NCBI GenBank assembly: GCA_049319825.1
Contig: JBMORT010000009.1
Span: 3,349 to 67,348, forward strand
DNA from: Patescibacteria group bacterium
Lineage (GTDB): Bacteria; Patescibacteriota; Patescibacteriia; UBA11705; DATKZF01
Length of the DNA stretch: 64,000 nucleotides
Reading direction: 5' to 3'
Shown: one piece after another, positions 46,701 to 53,221 of the stretch
How positions within the stretch are numbered: position 1 is the first letter of the stretch
Layout of the letters: each line of letters starts with the position of its first letter
The notes under the pieces: model-generated
Databases searched by the model: none
What the model saw: only the letters and a program-made list of their open reading frames with translations
What the model was told of the DNA's origin: nothing
Position numbers and translations under genes: made by a program

Positions 46701-49252
46701 TGGACGGAAAATCTGGATTTAGTTTTTCACAAGAAAAAGAAGAACAATATAAACAATTCAAAAAATTAAAATTAAGAAAATTAGACGAAATCGAAGATGC
46801 TACACAACTAAAAGAAAAATATCCGAACATGAATATTGATAATATTTTATATTCGCAAGAGCAATCAGGGGATGAAGTATTTGATGATTTTAAGGACAGA
46901 CTTTTAGCCGAGAGGGAAGCAAAAAAACAACAGATCGAAATACGGAGAGAAAAAGCTGAAAAAAACTGGGCCGTAAAATTGGAAAGGTCCAGAATTTACA
47001 AAACTATAATCAAAAGAAGGAAAGAGGTTAAAAATATAAAAGGTTTTTTCAAACTATCCGATGTTGACTTGAAACGCATAAATGGCAAGGATTGGCGATT
47101 TATGGATGAGGTTGAATATAAAATGTTTTTAGATGAAATAAAAAGAAAAGCCATGCAATTCACGGAAAAGAGAGAAGCTAAAAATAAATTGATGGCCACT
47201 ATACAAAGTAAAGAATTGAAAAATACCGACGATCTAAGAAAAGCAATGAAGCTCCCGTCAATTGATCAAATGACAGTCGCGCAAATGGAGCAATTCAATA
47301 AAGCACTCGAGCCGTACATGGAAGGAGATGTGTTTTTAAGTCAAAGGTTATTGGAGACTGTTGAAAATACAGAGCTGGGAGAATATAAAACATATAGGGA
47401 AGTTCAAGAACATCTATCTAAAAAGCTGGGGGTTCCGATCGCCGAATTAAAAGAAATTAAAGCCGGCTGGGTTGAAAAGTCTTTATATGACACTGCTTTG
47501 GCAAGGAAAAATCCATTTTATGCTTATGTTATAGATCAATTCAATAAATATGAATTGCAAGCTACAAAGGAATATTTGGATAGGAAAAAAGAAATAAATG
47601 TATTGGTTAATAAGGCAAGGAAATCCAGAGAACGAAGTTTGTTTGATAAACTTATTCCTACGGATAAAATCGTATTTGAATATTTGGAAAGCAACGATGC
47701 TTTAAAAGAGAAGTTATCGGAAGGAATGACAAAAGAAGAATTGGACTTGGCTGGATTTCTACAAGCTGATTTTTTCAGGATGCGCAATGAATTGATAAAA
47801 AAAGAAGCGTTAAAAAAATATAGAGAAAATTATATTACTCATGTGCAGCGAGGATTTTTAGAAGCGGTTAAGGATGGTGGATTAAAGGCTGGATTTGTGG
47901 AAATGTTTAAAAAATATAAATTTGAGGAAGCATATTTTAATATCATTGATGAAACCGGAAACGTCCTTGCGCTTGAAAAATTCTTTTCAAATTCATTACA
48001 TAGGACTGGGGAAGTCAGCCCTACTCAAAATGTCGCAAAAGCTTATTTAACTTATGTAAAATCTTTTGAAAAGAAGATGGCTTTAGATTCTGTAATTCCG
48101 GAAATAATGGCATATTCTCAGGTTTTAACAAAGGATGTCCGGACCCCGCGGGGACTTGTAAAAGATAAAACATTGATTACTTTTATGAAAAAGTGGATCA
48201 ATAATAAAAAGGGGCGGCGTCATAAATTATTTATTGAACAGGGAAATAGATTAGACGCTTTCATAAAAATATTAAATTCATTTATTACGCTTCGAGACCT
48301 GGGTTTTAATGTATATACTTCAATAGCTTCAAGGGTCGGAGAAAATGTAACAAATTTCGCTACGTTGGGCTTGAAAAAGTATGCTCTTGGTAGGGCGAGG
48401 GCAACCACTCAAAATGGCAGAAAAATATCAAAGCAATATGAAAATTTCATTGGAGAAAATCCGTTTTTAGATATAATACATGATTCAAGTCAGCACATTG
48501 GCGAAAAAACAATGAGGATGGCTTTTATTGGATTTGCGGACGCCACATATAGGTCAAATAAACACTTTCTCCTTGGATCAATGACGAAAGAAGAATATGA
48601 AAGCGGGGAAATTTCGGACCAAAGATTGGCTGAATTGAGACGCGAAATGGGCAAGTATAGAGTCGTGGAAGGAGCAAAATCAATAATGGGAAGCACGACT
48701 GAGGGCGAAATGTTTTTGAAGTATAGAAGTTGGGCCGTGCCGACTTTGATGACAACTTATAGCAATATCAAAACATTGATTAAAATGGCCGGACAGAAAA
48801 AATTCGCAAAAACTGAATTTTTAGAATTGACAAGAATAACACTTATATCAATAAGTATGTATTTATTAATGGCTACTTTGTTTGATGACGATGATGATAG
48901 CTTTTTGGGGAAACTGGCAACAAAGGCAAAAAGAGAATCGATGTCTTTAATTGAAGCATTAAAACCCACAACGTGGGCGAGTACATTTAGGATGCAAGCT
49001 TTTTTCATTGACTTGGCAAAAAACGTTATGTCAATGATCAATATGGAAAAATATAAAACAAAAGAGGGATATAAGGGGTGGGAGGGATTGAAAAAAACAT
49101 TAAAGCCGACTATGGTCAGTCAGATACAAGGATTTTTTGGAAACGAAAAAGAAGACGAAAAGTCTTCTGCGTTGCCAAGCCTGCCCAAATTACCGTCCCT
49201 TCCTCAATTACCCGGCTTGCCGGCGTTGCCGTCTTTACCTTCCTTACCATAA
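43724..49252 (+). CDS. Large polyvalent ejection protein with a zeta-toxin-like kinase domain
   Basis: 1842 aa; GVPASGKST, DSDQIKKMLPEY, RFNETGRFV; LPSLP tail. Confidence 0.75.
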   Translation: MFQGLFTQSKTVATNQKTGGTAKPSFSGLFSNRGEQKAQKNNKFAGAVISADQKKVGMFKDLFKVGKKGYERAGDIASKKWSETKEFVKKYPTPLEYISQRKYEGWAGQNKSLSIRKQYGFALPEITDLTKSGFDPELLEKANDFKSIPLRHKITQFSLRTQTQLVDQVSRSFAFTTDYIMKDPVRAAALRDMAKNPSILGGFKAGATYAAGKFVEKTNTGKMLKDKWVNFYDGLKEKGIIPTDKAVQLANTMKQLPYMQNRKEWEGAPLKDKMTKYLGETLYNLGPSLFASVATYAASPSFGFSVTASSTAYDVKEDAIRYGVDEKKAENLGLITGLLVASLDKIVPDKAFSKNIKNKFIGNFAKRIIKSNVLEAGTEMGQENIQILAEATFRDDLGWDEIKTRNAMAALGGLAGGSAMESISTFSNTVQRDALFEDIRNIKPGFTVEEVYDDNLMNEAKKYKTAEDFIVAAENKKIDVSSIAEWSDLKFSDLGKIGNIKTKSPIFKKKVKDVSTEIYEKTAREIFENAKKNGESWAKNRRYESVFSEAFARATEKLTRGGRIGEKEVLDGWSRKVLKEIWTTAQYKTKSPSDTKRALSEDRLVNVNNKTHKYKSVKEQVKIPYAKSLIQKAFDKDLPNKTPEYIQDLLVKLRDEEARAIRNGVDTSKTSYTQAGFINENLKQALDNVIKTKSQLQEKFEYNTPAIIEAREKAMSIPETINIQTEERNNLRDKIVREYYGTGAKNKNRRADLVLGVPASGKSTFFGDHLVNKYGSLLVDSDQIKKMLPEYENGIGASSLHLESAMLADDIILSNAIQNGDNVVLPRLGKNEKTMIELINLLNDSGYDVHLHYMDLPIKEAVKRIISRFNETGRFVDPQFLIEKVDGKPKIVYNAIKSRKEIRSYEAYSNDVPKGTKPKLIEKSVYDAGRDGRIQQSRGDQDFAKIRSKKEREIKQTQKKSENEYFSDNGSVFEYKEMSKEETKTMQQAFGVVDGKSGFSFSQEKEEQYKQFKKLKLRKLDEIEDATQLKEKYPNMNIDNILYSQEQSGDEVFDDFKDRLLAEREAKKQQIEIRREKAEKNWAVKLERSRIYKTIIKRRKEVKNIKGFFKLSDVDLKRINGKDWRFMDEVEYKMFLDEIKRKAMQFTEKREAKNKLMATIQSKELKNTDDLRKAMKLPSIDQMTVAQMEQFNKALEPYMEGDVFLSQRLLETVENTELGEYKTYREVQEHLSKKLGVPIAELKEIKAGWVEKSLYDTALARKNPFYAYVIDQFNKYELQATKEYLDRKKEINVLVNKARKSRERSLFDKLIPTDKIVFEYLESNDALKEKLSEGMTKEELDLAGFLQADFFRMRNELIKKEALKKYRENYITHVQRGFLEAVKDGGLKAGFVEMFKKYKFEEAYFNIIDETGNVLALEKFFSNSLHRTGEVSPTQNVAKAYLTYVKSFEKKMALDSVIPEIMAYSQVLTKDVRTPRGLVKDKTLITFMKKWINNKKGRRHKLFIEQGNRLDAFIKILNSFITLRDLGFNVYTSIASRVGENVTNFATLGLKKYALGRARATTQNGRKISKQYENFIGENPFLDIIHDSSQHIGEKTMRMAFIGFADATYRSNKHFLLGSMTKEEYESGEISDQRLAELRREMGKYRVVEGAKSIMGSTTEGEMFLKYRSWAVPTLMTTYSNIKTLIKMAGQKKFAKTEFLELTRITLISISMYLLMATLFDDDDDSFLGKLATKAKRESMSLIEALKPTTWASTFRMQAFFIDLAKNVMSMINMEKYKTKEGYKGWEGLKKTLKPTMVSQIQGFFGNEKEDEKSSALPSLPKLPSLPQLPGLPALPSLPSLP

Positions 49253-49413
49253 TCTTTCTCCAACGCTTTATAAACGGAATACCATGAAAAAATAAAGAAT
49301 ATTGGCAAGAGTATTTCTTTATAATTTCCTTTATCTGTAATAAGGAAAATAACAAAAAACCAGATACACGCTCCTATAAAACTTTTGATATATAATTTTT
49401 TTTGTGGGGACAT
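49204..49413 (-). CDS. Small two-TM moron protein
   Basis: MSPQKKLY...; convergent 49-nt overlap with the large gene. Confidence 0.5.
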   Translation of the reverse strand: MSPQKKLYIKSFIGACIWFFVIFLITDKGNYKEILLPIFFIFSWYSVYKALEKDYGKEGKDGNAGKPGN

Positions 49414-49424
49414 ATTATGATATT

Positions 49425-49799
49425 TTATAATTCGTATTCTCGATAACAATTATCAATTTTAGTTTGTTTATCAGCATCGGCTTTATTCCATGTGCTTGTA
49501 GCGGCCGAAATTGTGCCGTCATCGTTTTTAATGCCATTTAATTCCATATAAGTCCAATAACTTTCCTCAACTTTACTTAAACAATTATCAAGGCTCCATT
49601 TTTTCATTTTTTGTTTAAATTCCGTAGCTTCTTTTTCTTTTTGTTCGGCTTCAAAAATTGATTTTTCTTGATCTATTTGCATTTGTGTTTGTTTTTCTAT
49701 GGAATTTTGTTTGTTTAATTGAATGAGAATAAGACTGCCGCCAATGATCAACCCGCACATAATTATAGCTATTGATAAAATGATATATTTTTTATCCAT
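49425..49799 (-). CDS. TM-anchored moron protein
   Basis: TM, coiled coil, two Cys; has its own promoter. Confidence 0.7.
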   Translation of the reverse strand: MDKKYIILSIAIIMCGLIIGGSLILIQLNKQNSIEKQTQMQIDQEKSIFEAEQKEKEATEFKQKMKKWSLDNCLSKVEESYWTYMELNGIKNDDGTISAATSTWNKADADKQTKIDNCYREYEL

Positions 49800-49841
49800 A
49801 ATTTTTAATTGATAATAATCCTATCTTCAAAATAACACCGA

Positions 49842-49916
49842 ATCATAGCAGTTGGCAATAGGGATGTCAACAGGGGGTTGACGATAAATAAAAAAGGCGA
49901 TATAATGTTATCCACT
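49842..49916. promoter_or_regulatory. Divergent promoter pair 1 with a DnaA-box-like site
   Basis: Minus TTGACA-17-TATGAT (extended TG); plus TTGACG(49878)-17-TATAAT(49901); TTATCCACT at 49908. Confidence 0.75.
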
Positions 49917-49963
49917 TATCAGATTGAGTAATAGGCAATAAATTTGATATAGTGTGAATATAA

Positions 49964-49995
49964 CAAAGACATTCCCTGAAAAGGGAACGTCTTTG
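49964..49995 (-). terminator. Terminator after the 51-aa gene
   Basis: Minus CAAAGACGTTCCC/GGGAATGTCTTTG-TT; a G-U pair favours the minus strand. Confidence 0.65.
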
Positions 49996-50001
49996 CGAAT
50001 C

Positions 50002-50157
50002 CTAAGAAGCCGCCATTTTGGCGTCTTCTTCTATTTTCTTGCGTTTCCAGTAATCTGGATCAGCGAGAAAACAGAAGGCGCGACGGCCGACTTCTCTTGC
50101 CCATAATACTCGTCCATTGCGGAGAGTAATGTAGGGCCGGCAAATTATTTCTGCCAT
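50002..50157 (-). CDS. 51-aa protein, absent from the ORF track
   Basis: MAEIICRPYITLRNGRVLWAREVGRRAFCFLADPDYWKRKKIEEDAKMAAS; AT-rich start context and a terminator behind it. Confidence 0.65.
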   Translation of the reverse strand: MAEIICRPYITLRNGRVLWAREVGRRAFCFLADPDYWKRKKIEEDAKMAAS

Positions 50158-50251
50158 ATTTTATGGTTAAATCCCAATAAACTATGTCAGAAACGAGGGA
50201 ATATTTCGTCTTCTGAGAATAGTTGGTATAGGAAACCTAATCCCAAAAGAC

Positions 50252-50420
50252 AAAAAAAATCCCTTAGCCCGTATCCTGCAACCAACATTTTGGAAGAAAA
50301 TGATTGGCCGTAGTTGTCCTGGCAACCATTTAAGCTATGGCGCAGGATACCAGCTAAGGGATTCTTACTCTGGAATAACGGGCTTCATAGATAGAAAGAG
50401 GACAACTTTCTTTCTATGAA
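50252..50420 (-). ncRNA. C4-like cloverleaf RNA (unit C) with leader hairpin
   Basis: ~20-bp closing stem plus U8; three inner hairpins; loop AGGACAACT complementary to leader AGTTGTCCT. Confidence 0.6.
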
Positions 50421-50430
50421 CTGTAATTAT

Positions 50431-50524
50431 AATTTATCAAAAGTTTTAAAATATGTCAAATATCCACAGCGAAAACGGCTAAAAATAGGGCAATATTGAC
50501 AAATCGGTTTGCGTAAAGTATAAT
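50431..50524. promoter_or_regulatory. Divergent promoter pair 2 with a DnaA-box-like site
   Basis: Minus TTGACA(50459-54)-17-TAAATT; ATATCCACA at 50460; plus TTGACA(50496)-17-TATAAT(50519). Confidence 0.7.
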
Positions 50525-50566
50525 GCTTTGTTATGGTAGAAGTGGAGACAAAAAAATACCTAGATA

Positions 50567-50640
50567 AAGGGGCGGGCAGACTCGAACTGCCAACTTAGGG
50601 ATTAGTAGTCCCTTGATCTGTCCAATTGATCTACGCCCCC
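50567..50640 (-). tRNA. tRNA(-like) with anticodon ACT, Arg-type body, no encoded CCA
   Basis: GGGGGCG TA GATC AATTGGACA GATC A AGGGA CTACTAA TCCCT AAGTT GGCAG TTCGAGT CTGCC CGCCCCT T. Confidence 0.85.
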
Positions 50641-50661
50641 TTATCTGGGTATTTTTATTTT

Positions 50662-50830
50662 AAACAAAACACGTCAATGGCAGACACTTCGCAGGGCGTT
50701 CCGGACATTCCGTTTACGACCCCACGATTTACCACTCGCGAGGCTCTTTCCTAAGAAAGTTAGCCCGACGAAGTGGCCACCATTAACGTGTTATTGACCT
50801 TGAAGTCTGCCATGCCTTGGTAAAGGCAAA
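50662..50830 (-). ncRNA. C4-like cloverleaf RNA (unit A) with leader hairpin
   Basis: AACACGTTAATGGTGG...CTGCCATTGACGTGTT closing stem plus U tract; loop TGGTAAA complementary to leader TTTACCA. Confidence 0.62.
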
Positions 50831-50846
50831 AATATTTCTTAATAAT

Positions 50847-50923
50847 ATTATATCACGCCTAAAAATCTTCTGCAAATAATTGTGGACAGCCGACTTGACA
50901 AACGATATTATCAATGTTAAATT
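50847..50923. promoter_or_regulatory. Divergent promoter pair 3
   Basis: Minus TTGCAG-17-TATAAT (extended TG); TGTGGACAG between; plus TTGACA(50895)-17-TAAATT. Confidence 0.7.
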
Positions 50924-50949
50924 ATAAATAATAAAATAACAATGCGGTG

Positions 50950-50982
50950 AACCCCTCTATATTTTCGAGGGGTTTTATTTTT
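50950..50982 (+). terminator. Intrinsic terminator
   Basis: AACCCCTC/GAGGGGTT followed by TTATTTTT. Confidence 0.65.
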
Positions 50983-50989
50983 CAAAAAG

Positions 50990-51228
50990 TGTCCAACGAA
51001 TGTCCAAAAAATAAAACGATTATAGAAATTTTTTCAAATTCTTTTTTAATTCTTCGCAGTTGATGTCTTTCGTGTAGTGATAATAAGTAGAGCGAGAAAG
51101 ACCAAGAAAATCAATAATATCCTGCGTTTTGATATTCTCATTGTCTTTAAGGCAATGCAAAATGCAGGCGCATATTTTTATAATTTTTTCTCTTTTTTCT
51201 TTGGTCATAATGTCCAAGGAGTGTCCAA
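50990..51228 (+). repeat. Two TGTCCAA-N4-TGTCCAA tandem sites
   Basis: Copies at 50990 and 51001, and at 51211 and 51222. Confidence 0.75.
51020..51208 (-). CDS. Small HTH protein
   Basis: TQDIIDFLGLSRSTYYHY; divergent from the integrase. Confidence 0.7.
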   Translation of the reverse strand: MTKEKREKIIKICACILHCLKDNENIKTQDIIDFLGLSRSTYYHYTKDINCEELKKNLKKFL

Positions 51229-51289
51229 AAACGACTTGACGATATTTTAAAATCAATGTTAAAATCCATTGTTATTTCAATTATACAAT

Positions 51290-52192
51290 ATGCGGTTAAG
51301 TTTGGCAATAAAACAATTTACGGAGTGGCGCGCGTTGAAGGTCGGGCAAAACACGAATCAAGGCTACGAATTGGTTTTGAAGCAATTTTGTTTGTTTATG
51401 AAAAACTGCGAGATTGAAGATGTGCAATTATCGCATATTGTTGAATGGTTTTCGATGATGCAAGAGCTCGGCTGGGATTCAAATAGTTTTGTAATCAAAT
51501 CAACCGCGTTGCGCAAATTTTTTGAGTTTAATAAAAAGCAGGGATTTGAGGTTTTGGATCCATGGTTTATTTTCACGCCCAAGGCAAAATTCAAAATTCC
51601 TCGCATTATTACCGAGGAAAACTACCAGAAGTTATTATCAGCCATACCTGATAATAACGATCCCCGTCATATACGAAACAAGGCTATAATTTCGCTTCTG
51701 TGGGACACGGGAGCCAGAAACGGGGAAATTGTCAGCTTAGATATTCAAGGCCTCGATTTGGTCAATTTCAAGGCTTTAATCTACACAGAAAAGTCGAAAG
51801 GGGCAAGGCCGGTGAGGGAGATGTTCTGGACAGAGGAAACGAATAAAAATCTCCTGCGATGGATTGACCGGCGAGAGCATTTGTCGCAAAAAATGAAATG
51901 GATTGATCCCGAGGCTCTTTTCGTCTGCGTCAGCTTCCATGCCGGAGAGAGATTGACGATCAAGGGTGTTGGAGAAATGCTACGCCGGTATTCTAATCAA
52001 GCAGGAATCGAAACGATGAACGCGCATAGTTTCCGTCATCACTTGGGCCGCGAAATTATTAAACGGGGCGGGACTAATGCCGATGTGATGAATGTTCTCG
52101 GCCATGCGACGCTGGAAAGCACGAAGCCCTATACATGGCTTGAAAATAAAGAAATCGAGAAGCGATATAGGAGTCTCAAGTTATCCACATAA
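51290..52192 (+). CDS. Tyrosine integrase (XerC/D-like)
   Basis: TGARNGE, HSFRH, LGH, TKPY; start taken at MRLSL. Confidence 0.92.
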   Translation: MRLSLAIKQFTEWRALKVGQNTNQGYELVLKQFCLFMKNCEIEDVQLSHIVEWFSMMQELGWDSNSFVIKSTALRKFFEFNKKQGFEVLDPWFIFTPKAKFKIPRIITEENYQKLLSAIPDNNDPRHIRNKAIISLLWDTGARNGEIVSLDIQGLDLVNFKALIYTEKSKGARPVREMFWTEETNKNLLRWIDRREHLSQKMKWIDPEALFVCVSFHAGERLTIKGVGEMLRRYSNQAGIETMNAHSFRHHLGREIIKRGGTNADVMNVLGHATLESTKPYTWLENKEIEKRYRSLKLST

Positions 52193-52255
52193 TAAAGGTT
52201 GGCAATAATTTTAAAGGGTGTTATCATACATATAGATAATAAAGAAAATTACTAT

Positions 52256-52453
52256 ATGTCTAAAGCATTCGGGTCAAAACCAGATTATAAAAGTATTAAA
52301 AAGGCGAAAAGATTAAGAAAAAGGGGGCTATCTTATCGGAATATAGTTAAAGTAATGGGGCGTCAAGATATCAAGACGATATTCCGCTGGATCAATAATT
52401 ACGACGAAAATCTTAAACGAATCAAAGTGGATAACTCGCTTGACAAAGTATAA
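52256..52453 (+). CDS. Small basic HTH protein (Cro/RDF candidate)
   Basis: RLRKRGLSYRNIVKVMG...TIFRW; promoter TTGGCA-17-TATCAT at 52199-52227. Confidence 0.7.
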   Translation: MSKAFGSKPDYKSIKKAKRLRKRGLSYRNIVKVMGRQDIKTIFRWINNYDENLKRIKVDNSLDKV

Positions 52454-52493
52454 AAGGTTGGCTATAATACAATCAAGAACATTGAAAACTTAA
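52426..52493 (+). promoter_or_regulatory. Consensus promoter plus boxA-like motif facing attR
   Basis: AGTGGATAA, then TTGACA(52440)-17-TATAAT(52463), then GAACATTGAAAACTTAA. Confidence 0.75.
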
Positions 52494-52525
52494 AATCAAA
52501 ACAAAGGATAACTGAGGTGTTTATT

Positions 52526-52570
52526 CCATGCGGTTCTGGCCAATAATATAAAAAATGCTGCGGTGGCTAA
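52526..52570 (+). other. attR with the displaced original secA 3' end
   Basis: Reads P-C-G-S-G-Q-*-Y-K-K-C-C-G-G-*; core at 52547-52557. Confidence 0.85.
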
Positions 52571-52615
52571 TAAAAAGTCCGAAAAAGACTCAATGTTTTG
52601 TTGCTTTTAAAATGA

Positions 52616-52647
52616 AAAAGAAGCTTGTTAAGCTTCTTTTATTTTTT
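52616..52647. terminator. Bidirectional terminator (probably the original secA terminator)
   Basis: AAAAGAAGCTT...AAGCTTCTTTT with flanking A and T tracts. Confidence 0.6.
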
Positions 52648-52998
52648 AGAAAAATTATTCAGACGCCACTGTCCGGCTTCCGGCCCACTGGTTGGCGGTA
52701 GCATGTCGCTCAGTTCTTCAGGATAGTATTTGGTGATGGTGACAGGGGGTGATTTCGTCGATGGAATGACCATTTTCTGTTCGAAGAAAATTCGAATCGC
52801 CTCGATAACCTGTTCGCCAAGCTCCGCCGGATGATCAAAATTTCTCATCAGGCATTGCCTGTCGGTGTGAATGTGCCCGGATTGATCGGCGTATTCAACA
52901 AACAGAAAAAGTCCATATTGCGTCCTTTTGGGAAATCCGGTGACAATATCCCACTTCAAGTAGATTTCCCTAATCGTTACTTCGATCGGGTAGGGCAT
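52639..52998 (-). CDS. Hypothetical protein
   Basis: AAGGAG RBS before the ATG. Confidence 0.55.
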   Translation of the reverse strand: MPYPIEVTIREIYLKWDIVTGFPKRTQYGLFLFVEYADQSGHIHTDRQCLMRNFDHPAELGEQVIEAIRIFFEQKMVIPSTKSPPVTITKYYPEELSDMLPPTSGPEAGQWRLNNFSKK

Positions 52999-53221
52999 GG
53001 AGTTCTCCTTTCCCTTTTTTCATGAAGGTTTTGTTAAATTACCAATTTTATTTTGATTTGTCAAATGCTGTTTGTGCACATTTTATTGTTGCATTTCAGG
53101 AAAAAGTTGAGTATACTAAACATCGATATCAATCTTCAAAATGATATAAGCCTGCTGCGATGCGGGCAAATGACATTAAATTCGTATAATTTGCATCAAA
53201 TAGTGCATTTGAATCGCTATT

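Larger units (their letters stand above)
17973..52557. mobile_element. Integrated podovirus-like prophage (~34.6 kb)
   Basis: Contiguous recombination, replication, packaging, head, tail, lysis and integrase genes bounded by the direct repeat TATAAAAAATG inside duplicated SEC-C codons. Confidence 0.93.

Noticed and set aside
50619-50625. TGTCCAA in the tRNA D-loop matching the operator-like repeats
   Set aside because: AATTGGACA is an ordinary D-loop and a single 7-mer is not significant.
50567-50640. The tRNA as the prophage attachment site
   Set aside because: No duplicated tRNA 3' end was seen; the direct repeat is in secA.
17973-52557. Phage-wide TAG or TGA reassignment
   Set aside because: Long ORFs are intact under code 11 and TAG/TGA end several tightly packed genes; only one in-frame TAG was seen.
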